DNA from: Polyangiales bacterium
Lineage (GTDB): Bacteria; Myxococcota_A; Polyangia; Polyangiales; Polyangiaceae
NCBI GenBank assembly: GCA_038231275.1
Contig: JBBRLQ010000052.1
Span: 1 to 31,317, forward strand
Direction: 5' to 3'
DNA length: 31,317 nucleotides
Below are positions 8,068 to 15,823 of this stretch, one piece after another (the stretch's first letter is position 1; each line of letters starts with the position of its first letter). Under the pieces are notes generated by a model, which had not been told where the DNA came from, made no database searches, and worked only from the letters and a program-made list of their open reading frames with translations. The position numbers and the translations under genes are program-made.

Positions 8068-9516
8068 TCAGCGAAGGTTCGCGAGCGGTCCCTTGCAGAC
8101 CGCCGGGTTGCCGAAGGTCGAGATGCCGACGCCCATCGCGTTCGCGAGCGACACGAACAGATCGTTGTGCCCCGTCCCCTTCGCGTACTGGAGAAATCGG
8201 CCGGTCCGGAAATACCCGTTCGCGTTTCCCGCGACGATCCACGGCAAATCGTCGGTGTCGTGGTACCCGTTCGCGATCTGCCCGCAGTACACGACGACGG
8301 TCGAGTCGAGCAGCGTCCCGCCGTCGCCGCGCGGCACCGCCTTCAAGTACCCGAGCAGCTGCGCGAGCATGTCCGCCTGCGCGGTGTCGAGCTTCCGCAT
8401 CAAGTCGACGGCCTGCGGGATGTCCCACAGCGGACCGCCGTTGCCGTACTGGTTGATGCCCGAGCACTGGTGCGCCAAATCGTGCGTGTTCGCGTGCGCC
8501 TTGCCGTTGCCGTAGTCGGCGGGCTGGTACCCGATGACGTCGTCGATCGCGCCGTAGCCGGGGAGGTGCAGGATCTGGACGCGCGTGAGATCGCACGCGA
8601 GCGCCGAGACCGCGAGGCGCGCCTGCACGTCCCACCCCAGCTTCGTCCACGCGCCGCGCTCCGCCTGCGAGGCGCCGCTCGCCGGGTGCACGTCGAACTT
8701 CGCGATGTCCCCTTGCAGCGCGGCGTCGGGAGGCTGGCACGTGAGGCTCGTTCCGATCTGCATCTGCGCGCGAAGATCCCGAATCGTCTGCGCGTGCTGG
8801 TCGAGCTTCGCCTTGTCTTCCTTCGACAGGCGCGACTTCACGCCGGAGTACTCGCCGAGCGCGAGATCGATCGACGCCTGCTGCCTCGCGAGCTTCGCCG
8901 CCGCCGCCTTCTTTTGCGCGTCGGTCTGCTGGCCCAAGTCGGCTGGGAATTGCTTCAGGACCCCCGACGGCCCGTACTGCCTATCGTTGGTCTGTCCCGC
9001 GGAGAGGTACGACGTGCCGCCCTCCATATCGGGTGCGTTCAAGAAATCGAGCTCCCACGACGGGTAGCGCGTGACCGGCGCTGGCGTGTTGATCGCCTTC
9101 GCGATGACCTGATCGATCGACGGCCCGCCGGCCAGCGACTGCGTCATGCGATTGGCCGCGGTCAGCGCGTGCGTTCCTCCGCGCACGTGCGAGTTCGCGA
9201 ACGCCGAGGTGTCGGCGTCCTGGCTTGCCATCGAGATCCCTCGGGTCAGGAGCAGCTGGCTCTTGAACGGCGCGAGCGACGCGTGGATGGGCGCCAGATC
9301 GAAGCTCGTCTCGGTCGGCTTCGGACTCCCGCCTGCGCCGAGCGGCTGGTAGAGCTCGCGGACGGTGCCCATATTGTAGACGAACAGGATGCGCGGCGGC
9401 AGGATCGGCGCGTCGGCGCGCGCGCGGCGCGTGAAGAGGCTCGGCAGCATGGCGCTCGTCGTGCCCGCCATGGCCAGCTGCAAGAGTAGCCGACGCGAGA
9501 GTCCCTGGATCTTCAT
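8068..9516 (-). CDS. DUF1552 (HXXSHH family) protein with twin-arginine signal (482 aa)
   Basis: ATG overlaps the upstream stop (ATGA, 9516-9513). Tat motif LSRRLLL..ARADA. Family-like segments: LAPIHASLAPFK, GPSIDQVIA, KLDQHAQTIRDL, ALACDLTRV, GGTLLDSTVV, HDTDDLPWIVAG, HNDLFVSLANAMG. Confidence 0.88.
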   Translation of the reverse strand: MKIQGLSRRLLLQLAMAGTTSAMLPSLFTRRARADAPILPPRILFVYNMGTVRELYQPLGAGGSPKPTETSFDLAPIHASLAPFKSQLLLTRGISMASQDADTSAFANSHVRGGTHALTAANRMTQSLAGGPSIDQVIAKAINTPAPVTRYPSWELDFLNAPDMEGGTSYLSAGQTNDRQYGPSGVLKQFPADLGQQTDAQKKAAAAKLARQQASIDLALGEYSGVKSRLSKEDKAKLDQHAQTIRDLRAQMQIGTSLTCQPPDAALQGDIAKFDVHPASGASQAERGAWTKLGWDVQARLAVSALACDLTRVQILHLPGYGAIDDVIGYQPADYGNGKAHANTHDLAHQCSGINQYGNGGPLWDIPQAVDLMRKLDTAQADMLAQLLGYLKAVPRGDGGTLLDSTVVVYCGQIANGYHDTDDLPWIVAGNANGYFRTGRFLQYAKGTGHNDLFVSLANAMGVGISTFGNPAVCKGPLANLR

Positions 9517-11177
9517 GGGGTCACCGTCCGGTAGCGGAACGCCGCGCTCTTCACGACCTGGAGAACGAGCTCGCGGAACGTCGGCGCGCCGCCGAGCCCG
9601 GCGCGTACGGGGGCGACGAGATCGTCGGTGGCGATCTCCTGATCGATCCCGAGGCCGTACTGGAGCCAGTTCTTGGTGATGCAGCGCGCGGCGCGATCGC
9701 TCGTGGCGAGCTTCTTGTTGAGGGCGACGATGCCGTCGAAGGGACCGTCGATCTCCTGCGTCCCGAGGATGGCGCCGGTCGCGTCCACAGGCTTGCCGCC
9801 TTCGCTGTCCCGCCACGCGCCGACCGCGTCGTAGTGCTCGAAGCCGAAGCCGACGCCGTCGATGAGCTTGTGGCATCCCGCACAGTCGCCGAGCTCGTGC
9901 AGGCTCTGGAAGCGATCGCGGGTGGTCGACGTGTCACCGCCCGCCGCGGCGGGGGGCGTGTTCTTGACGTTGGGCGGCGGCGGCGGCGGCGCGGAGCAGA
10001 GGATGCGATCGAGCACGAACACGCCGCGGAGCACCGGCGACTCCATCCGCTCGTGACCGAACGCGGCGAGGAGCCCGACCTGCGTCAGGATTCCGCCGCG
10101 TTGCGCGGAGTCGGTGGTCACCTGTGTGAGCCCGGAGCCCCCGACGGCCGGGAGCCCATAGTAGGGCGACAGCGTGTCGTCGACGAACGCGTGCGTGTCC
10201 GTGAAGAGCGACGCGAACGTCCCCTCCTCCCAAAAGACGTGGTCGACGAAGCGCACCGTCGAGTCGCGCATGGCTTTCGCCGTCGCGTCGGACCACGTCG
10301 GAAACATCGTCGGGTCCTTCTTGAGCTGCTCGAGCAACCCGAAGCGCAGCCACTGGTACTGCATGTGCGCGACCGACGCGTGCGCGCGCGGATCGTCGAG
10401 CAGCCTCTTCACCTGGGCGTCGAGGACCTCGGGCTGGAGGAGCCGATCGTCGTCGGCGACCGCGCGGAGGGCCGCGTCGGGGAGGCTCGCCCAGAGGAAC
10501 GTCGCGAGGCGCGCGGCCAGCTCGTTGCCGGTGAGCCGCGCGAGCTCGGGCTTTCCCGCCACCGGCGTGCCCTCTTCGATTTGGTAGAGGAACGCCGGCG
10601 CCTGCAAAATTCCCTCGATCACGACGCCGATCGACGACGCGATGTCGTTCGACGCGCGGAGCGTCTGCCACGCCGCCCCGAGGCGCGCGCTCTCTTCGGG
10701 ACGGAGCGGATGGCGGTACGCGCGCGACGACAGATCGGCGAGGTACGCGAGCGCGCACGTATCGTCGACCGAGGCGACCGCGCACGCGAGAACGACCCCG
10801 AGGTTCGCGGAGACGAGCGCGGCGATCGCGTTTGCGTTGGCCTGATATGCCTCGATGAGCGTCGCGGTCGGCGCTTGCACCACCGCGTCGTTGTCGTAGA
10901 CGACCGCGGTGGACGGAGACGGCAGCGTCAGCGCCGGGAGCACGAAATCCGGGAAGAGCGCGTGGACGCTGTTGGTGTACGCGAGGTTCGTCAGGCGGAG
11001 GACCTGCGGCGAGACGACGAGCTGCCCGTCGACGGCGCGCGGCGAGGTCGCGCCGTCGGCTCCCGCGTCGGCGCCGGATACGATGGTGTCGTCGGTTCCC
11101 CCACCAATGACGCCGGTGCACGCCGCCACGGCGAGCGGGACCGCCAGCGGGAGGAGGCGTGCGAGGGTCGAACGCAT
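9513..11177 (-). CDS. DUF1592/DUF1588 (PSD/PSCyt3) domain lipoprotein with one CxxCH heme-c motif (554 aa)
   Basis: Lipobox AVAA-C. Motifs RLTNLAYTNSV, RAYRHPL, LQAPAFLY, ELAARLATFLWASLPD, RGGILTQ, SPVLRGVFVLDRILC, TTRDRF, CAGCH, GFGFEHYDAVGAWR. Translationally coupled to DUF1552, the usual partner. Confidence 0.9.
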   Translation of the reverse strand: MRSTLARLLPLAVPLAVAACTGVIGGGTDDTIVSGADAGADGATSPRAVDGQLVVSPQVLRLTNLAYTNSVHALFPDFVLPALTLPSPSTAVVYDNDAVVQAPTATLIEAYQANANAIAALVSANLGVVLACAVASVDDTCALAYLADLSSRAYRHPLRPEESARLGAAWQTLRASNDIASSIGVVIEGILQAPAFLYQIEEGTPVAGKPELARLTGNELAARLATFLWASLPDAALRAVADDDRLLQPEVLDAQVKRLLDDPRAHASVAHMQYQWLRFGLLEQLKKDPTMFPTWSDATAKAMRDSTVRFVDHVFWEEGTFASLFTDTHAFVDDTLSPYYGLPAVGGSGLTQVTTDSAQRGGILTQVGLLAAFGHERMESPVLRGVFVLDRILCSAPPPPPPNVKNTPPAAAGGDTSTTRDRFQSLHELGDCAGCHKLIDGVGFGFEHYDAVGAWRDSEGGKPVDATGAILGTQEIDGPFDGIVALNKKLATSDRAARCITKNWLQYGLGIDQEIATDDLVAPVRAGLGGAPTFRELVLQVVKSAAFRYRTVTP

Positions 11178-11190
11178 TCGGGTACCTGTC

Positions 11191-11219
11191 AGAGCGCACG
11201 ACGAGCCCCGACCGGCTCA
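11191..11219 (-). promoter_or_regulatory. Putative ECF sigma promoter, copy 1 (TGAGCCG-N15-GCGCTCT)
   Basis: Minus strand reads TGAGCCG gtcggggctcgtcgt GCGCTCT and ends 13 bp before ATG 11177. Both boxes and the spacing are identical to the copy at 12344-12372. Confidence 0.7.
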
Positions 11220-11248
11220 CGAAATCGACCGACAGGCCAGGAGCGGTG

Positions 11249-12262
11249 TTATTTCGGCTCTTTGCGGTCGTCGTGGTCCGCGCGAACGTCGGTCACCTCA
11301 CGCGGCGGACGCGAGCTGCGCGACGAGCCCGGCGCGTTCGACTTGGGCGGCGCGACGGACTTTGGCGGCGCGACGGACTTTGGCGGCGCGATGGAGGTGC
11401 GCTGCGGCCGATGGACCGCCATGAACGCCTCTGCCATCTCCTTCGCGGTCTGGAAGCGGCGATCGGGATCGCGGTGAAGCGCGCGCTCGAACCAGGCGTC
11501 GATGGATGCGCCGAGCTCGCTCTTCACGTGGCGCAGCTGCGAAGGGGGCGTCGGCCTGCTCCGCGTGTGCTCGAGCAGCATCTCCCCAACGGTCTCCGCG
11601 TCGAGCGGGACCTTCCCGGTGAAGCACTCGTACGCGACGACGGCGAGGCCGTACAGATCGCTGCGCGCGTCGGCCGGCCGACCGTCGAGTAGGACCTCGG
11701 GGCTCATGTACTTGAGCGTGCCGCCGAGCTGGTGCCGCATCGACTCGCCGCTCGCGCGTCGCCTGAGCCGCGCGATGCCGAAGTCGAGGACCTTCACGAG
11801 CGGGCGATCAGGATCGCCGCAGAGGAAGATGTTCTCCGGCTTGATATCCATGTGGATCACGCCGACCGAGTGCGCGCGTCCGAGCGCGCGGCACGTTTGG
11901 ACGACGAGCTCCGCGCAGAGGGCCAACGACAACCGACCCTCGCGCTCGAGGCGGGCGCCCAGCTCGTCGCCCGTCAAGAGCTCGTAGGCGATGTACGGCG
12001 CGCCACCTTCGTCGACGCCGCGATCGAGCACGCGCACGACGTTCGGGCTAAGCATTCGCGCCGACAGCTCGGCCTCTTCGGCGAAGCGCTGGAGGACGAC
12101 CTCGCGATCGGCGGCCTGCCCACGCTGGAGCTTGATCGCGACGTCGATGGCGAGGTGCTGGTCGTGCGCGCGCCAGACGGTCCCCATGCCGCCGTCGCCG
12201 ATTGGCGCGATCAGCCGGTACCGTCCCGCCAAAAAGGCGCCTGCCGCGATCGCCGTCGTCAC
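11249..12262 (-). CDS. Cytoplasmic Ser/Thr protein kinase, non-RD (HMD) (~337 aa)
   Basis: GDGGMGTVW, VAIK, HMDIKPEN, DFG, GTLKYMSPE, SDLYGL. Start chosen at GTG 12262 after GGGAGG; ATG 12316 is an alternative. No TM segment. Confidence 0.88.
   Translation of the reverse strand: MTTAIAAGAFLAGRYRLIAPIGDGGMGTVWRAHDQHLAIDVAIKLQRGQAADREVVLQRFAEEAELSARMLSPNVVRVLDRGVDEGGAPYIAYELLTGDELGARLEREGRLSLALCAELVVQTCRALGRAHSVGVIHMDIKPENIFLCGDPDRPLVKVLDFGIARLRRRASGESMRHQLGGTLKYMSPEVLLDGRPADARSDLYGLAVVAYECFTGKVPLDAETVGEMLLEHTRSRPTPPSQLRHVKSELGASIDAWFERALHRDPDRRFQTAKEMAEAFMAVHRPQRTSIAPPKSVAPPKSVAPPKSNAPGSSRSSRPPREVTDVRADHDDRKEPK
11346..11390. repeat. 18-bp tandem repeat (2.5 copies) encoding APPKS(V) in kinase tail
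   Basis: GGCGGCGCGACGGACTTT repeated; protein reads IAPPKSVAPPKSVAPPKSN. Confidence 0.85.
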
Positions 12263-12343
12263 TGCTTCCCCCTCCCGACCTCGTAACAGTGAGGGGAGGT
12301 GTGCCGCAGGTTGCATGTTTTGTCGAGGTGAGCCGCGAAAGTT

Positions 12344-12372
12344 TGAGCCGCTTCCCATCTGCGGCGCGCTCT
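12344..12372 (+). promoter_or_regulatory. Putative ECF sigma promoter, copy 2 (TGAGCCG-N15-GCGCTCT)
   Basis: TGAGCCG cttcccatctgcggc GCGCTCT ends 12 bp before ATG 12385, the first gene of the operon that contains the ECF sigma factor. Confidence 0.7.
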
Positions 12373-12384
12373 CATGGGTGGAAG

Positions 12385-14169
12385 ATGCAACTCCGCGGAA
12401 ATCCTCGTACGGCGCTCGCTACCGGCCTCTTCGCGCTCGTTCTTGCGGGCGCGTGCGGGGGCAGCGGCGACGGGGCGGGCGCGGGCGGAGCGAGCGGAAG
12501 CAGTGGCAGCGGAACCAGCGGAAGCAGTGGCAGCGGAACCAGCGGCGGCTCATCCTCGGGCGATGCGGGTGGCGCGGGGCCAGACGGTAGCGGCGGGGGC
12601 GACGCGGCGAGACCCCCGGACGTCGACGCGAGCGCGATCCCTCCGCCGAGCGCCACGTGCACGGCGCCGATCGCGGCCGTCGACACGTCGACCCCCACCA
12701 CCATCGTCGGCACCGGCACAGCGGCGTCGTGCACCGAGGCCGCGCTCGTCGCCGCGCTCGCGAAGGGCGGCAAGATCACGTTCGCGTGCGGCGCCGCTCC
12801 CGCCACCCTGGTGGTCACCAAGACCCTCGCGCTGCCCACCGACGTCGACACCGTCATCGACGGCGGCGGCAAGGTCACGATCGACGGCGGCGGCAAGGTC
12901 CGCATCCTCGACTACGCGCACGCGGACTACCGCAAGAACACGCACGTCCTCACGCTCCAGCACATCACCTTCGCACACGGCCACGCGACCGGCACCGACG
13001 CCTTCGCCCCCGCGCCGCTGCCGTGCTCGAGCGGCTTTTACGACGGCGCAGGCGGGGCGATCCAGATGCGCGACGGCGTGCTCCACGTCATCGACGCGAC
13101 GTTCCTCAACAACGAAGCGGAGTCTCTCGGTCCGGACATCGGCGGCGGCGCGATCTACTTGAGTGGCGCGCTCAACGCCGTCGTCGTCGGCTCGACCTTC
13201 GTGGGCAACTCGGGGGCCAACGGTGGCGCGATCGGCGCCCTCAACTCCGATCTCGACGTGTACAATACACGCTTCGAGGGAAACACCGCGCTGGGCTTCG
13301 GCGCCAACGGCGACGACGCCGGCAAGTGCGCAGTGGTCGCGAAGACCGGCCAACACCAAGTGGGCAGCGGCGGCAACGGCGGCGCCGTGTGCATCGACGG
13401 GGGCAGCGACGGCACGCACGCGTTCTGCGGCGTGGTCTTCAAGGGGAACCGCGGCGGCAAGCAGGCGCTCGGGGGCGCGCTCTTCCGCACGCCCGACGGC
13501 GCCAAGCAGACGACCACGATCGATCGCTGCCTCTTCGACGGCAACTCCGGCGAGGGCGGCGGCGCGGCGTACTTCCACAACTCGACGCTCACGATCACCG
13601 CGTCGACGTTCGCGGCGAACAAGGGCGCGGGCATCGGGACGATCCAGGCCGACGGGACGACGTTCGATTTCACCAACGTCACGTTCGCGGGCAACCACTC
13701 GACGGCCGGCGTCGGCGCGACGCTCGCGCTCTTCGGCGGGGACGGCAAGCTGCTCAACTGCACGTTCGCGGGCAACGCGTGCGACGCGCCGAACATGTTC
13801 GCGGCGGCGATCTTCGGGTCACCGAACCTCACCGTCCAAAATACGATCTTCGACGGGAACACCGCGCAGAACGGCGGCGCGCCGATGCAGTGCCAGGTCG
13901 GGACGATCACGGGCGGCGGCGACATGCAGTGGCCGAAGAACCACGCGAATGGCGGCGGCGCAGACGCGCTTTGTGTGCCCGGCATCTACGAGGACGCGGA
14001 TCCGGCGCTCGGGGCGATCGGCGAGCACGGCGGGCCGGTGCCGACGATGCTTCCGGCGGCCGGCAGCCCCGCGCTCGCGCGTGGAACCGCCTGCCCTGCG
14101 ACCGATGCGCGCGGTCACGCCCGGAGCGGGGCGTCGTGCACCGCCGGTGCGGTCGAAGGCGCGCAATGA
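12385..14169 (+). CDS. Lipoprotein with right-handed beta-helix (Pmp-like FxxN/GGA repeats) and choice-of-anchor-Q-like C-terminus (594 aa)
   Basis: Start re-called at ATG 12385; lipobox LAGA-C; SG linker. Repeats FLNN..GGGAIY, FVGN..NGGAI, FKGN..GGALF, FDGN..GGGAAY. Tail DPALGAIGEHGGPVPTMLPAAGSPA..CPATDARG..GAVE. Confidence 0.8.
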   Translation: MQLRGNPRTALATGLFALVLAGACGGSGDGAGAGGASGSSGSGTSGSSGSGTSGGSSSGDAGGAGPDGSGGGDAARPPDVDASAIPPPSATCTAPIAAVDTSTPTTIVGTGTAASCTEAALVAALAKGGKITFACGAAPATLVVTKTLALPTDVDTVIDGGGKVTIDGGGKVRILDYAHADYRKNTHVLTLQHITFAHGHATGTDAFAPAPLPCSSGFYDGAGGAIQMRDGVLHVIDATFLNNEAESLGPDIGGGAIYLSGALNAVVVGSTFVGNSGANGGAIGALNSDLDVYNTRFEGNTALGFGANGDDAGKCAVVAKTGQHQVGSGGNGGAVCIDGGSDGTHAFCGVVFKGNRGGKQALGGALFRTPDGAKQTTTIDRCLFDGNSGEGGGAAYFHNSTLTITASTFAANKGAGIGTIQADGTTFDFTNVTFAGNHSTAGVGATLALFGGDGKLLNCTFAGNACDAPNMFAAAIFGSPNLTVQNTIFDGNTAQNGGAPMQCQVGTITGGGDMQWPKNHANGGGADALCVPGIYEDADPALGAIGEHGGPVPTMLPAAGSPALARGTACPATDARGHARSGASCTAGAVEGAQ

Positions 14170-14801
14170 CGACGCTCGCCGCACCGCTCGCGTTCGATTG
14201 GCGCTCCGCGTGGGCGCGCGGGCGGCTACCATCCATGGTCGTGCCGACCGTTCCCGCGCGCGCCCCTCTGCTGCACGAGGTCGCCCCCGACGACGCCGCG
14301 CTCGTCGCGCAGGCGATCGCGGGGAGCGAGCGTGCCTTCAGCGCCCTCTACCGGCGCCACGCGCGGTACGTGGCGGGCGTCGTGTACCGGCTCCTCGGCG
14401 GCGACGCGGAGCTCGACGACGTCGTGCAAGAGACCTTCTGCGACGCCAGCGCGGCGCTCGCGAGCCTGAAGGATCCGGGCGGCCTCCGCGCCTGGCTCGC
14501 GCGCATCGCGGTTCGACGCGTGCACAAGCGGCTGGCCAAGCGCCGGCGATGGCGCTGGCTCGTGGGAGAGGCAGCCCAGGGCGCGCCGCTCGTCTCCGAT
14601 CCCGCCGAACGGCAACGGGTCGACGCGCTGTACGAGGCGCTCGGCACGCTCCCCGTCGAGCTGCGAATTCCGTGGATCCTCCACCACGTCGAAGGCGAGA
14701 CGCTCCCCGACGTCGCGGGAATGTGCGCGGTCTCGCTCGCGACCGCGAAGCGCCGCATCGCCGAGGCCGCCGAGCGGCTGGAGAGGAAGCTCCAGGCATG
14801 A
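14166..14801 (+). CDS. ECF-type RNA polymerase sigma-70 factor (211 aa)
   Basis: ATGA overlap with upstream gene. Region 2: AFSALYRRH, DDVVQETF, AWLARIAVR. Region 4: LPVELRIPWILHHVEGETLPDVAGMCAVSLATAKRRIAEA. Confidence 0.93.
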   Translation: MTTLAAPLAFDWRSAWARGRLPSMVVPTVPARAPLLHEVAPDDAALVAQAIAGSERAFSALYRRHARYVAGVVYRLLGGDAELDDVVQETFCDASAALASLKDPGGLRAWLARIAVRRVHKRLAKRRRWRWLVGEAAQGAPLVSDPAERQRVDALYEALGTLPVELRIPWILHHVEGETLPDVAGMCAVSLATAKRRIAEAAERLERKLQA

Positions 14802-15823
14802 AGCCCGATCCCGGCGACCTGAAGGGCTCGCTCGAGCCGCCGTGGGACGACGTGCGAGAGCAGCGCGTCCTCGCGCGCGTGATGGAGGCGCGCGGCGCAG
14901 CGCAACCAACGACCTCACGCACGCGCGTTCGCGTGCTCGCGACGACGGCCGCGGTGGCGACGATCGCGGCGGCGGCGGCGTTCCTCGTCGTCGCGCGTCG
15001 TCACCACGACGTGCCCTCGCCGGCGCCCGTCGCGAGCGCACGTGCGACGACCTCGAGCGCTGCGCCCGAGCAGACGATGGCGCTCGCCGACGGGTCGCAA
15101 GCGACGCTCGTGTCCGACGCAGGGCTCCAAGTCGAAGAGCAGCGCGCCGACCGTGTTCGTATCGTGCAGAAGCGCGGCGTGGTCCGGTACGACGTCCGCG
15201 CCGATCCGACGCGTGATTTTCGGGTCCGCGCGGGCGGGACGTCCATCAAAGTGAACGGCACGATCGTGGCCGTCAGCATCCTCGCGGAGTATGTAGAGGT
15301 GCACGTCGAGCGCGGCAAGGCGGAGGTCGATGACGGCGCCCGCACGCGCGAGCTCGTCGACGGCGAGTCGCTGCGCGTGCCGATCCACGTCGACGCGCCG
15401 GCCGCAGACGCCGGCGCGCCCGATCCGGAGCCGAGCGCGCGCGCGCCGCAGACGCCGAGCGCGTCGTCGCTCCAAGCGGACGCCGACGCCGCGCGCGTGG
15501 CCGGCAACAACGGCGAGGCGGCGACCGCGCTCCGCAAGCTCATCGCCGTCTATCCCAAGGACGGGCGCGTGCCGGGCGCGCTCTTCACGCTCGGGCGCGT
15601 CGAGCGCTCCCGCGGACGCGACGACGAGTCGGCACGCGCGTTCGAGCGCTGCGTCGCGGCCGCGCCGAAGGGTCCCCTCGCGGGCGAAGCACTCGCGGAG
15701 GCCGCAGTCTCCTGGTCCAACGGCGGCGCGCGCGCCGCAGCGATGACCGACGCCGCGAAATACTTGTCGCGCTATCCTGACGGTCCGAGCGCCGCACGCA
15801 TGCGCGCGCTCGCGACCCCGTGA
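14798..15823 (+). CDS. FecR-domain anti-sigma factor with C-terminal TPR domain (341 aa)
   Basis: ATGA overlap; single TM segment (ATTAAVATIAAAAAFLVVA). FecR-like LADGSQATL, FRVRAGGTSIKVNGT, VHVERGKAEV. TPR helices ALFTLGRV..., YLSRYPDGP. Confidence 0.88.
   Translation: MKPDPGDLKGSLEPPWDDVREQRVLARVMEARGAAQPTTSRTRVRVLATTAAVATIAAAAAFLVVARRHHDVPSPAPVASARATTSSAAPEQTMALADGSQATLVSDAGLQVEEQRADRVRIVQKRGVVRYDVRADPTRDFRVRAGGTSIKVNGTIVAVSILAEYVEVHVERGKAEVDDGARTRELVDGESLRVPIHVDAPAADAGAPDPEPSARAPQTPSASSLQADADAARVAGNNGEAATALRKLIAVYPKDGRVPGALFTLGRVERSRGRDDESARAFERCVAAAPKGPLAGEALAEAAVSWSNGGARAAAMTDAAKYLSRYPDGPSAARMRALATP

Noticed and set aside
12329..12335. Additional TGAGCCG box upstream of the ECF operon
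   Set aside because: No GCGCTCT partner 15 bp downstream, so it is not counted as a third promoter copy.
12657..14165. Long N-terminal extensions on the ECF sigma (714 aa) and FecR (886 aa) ORFs, suggesting giant fusions
   Set aside because: The extensions are off-frame read-through across the upstream genes. True starts are fixed by ATGA overlaps at 14166 and 14798. The same applies to the ORFs listed as starting at 8740, 9876, 23215, 24891 and 27638.
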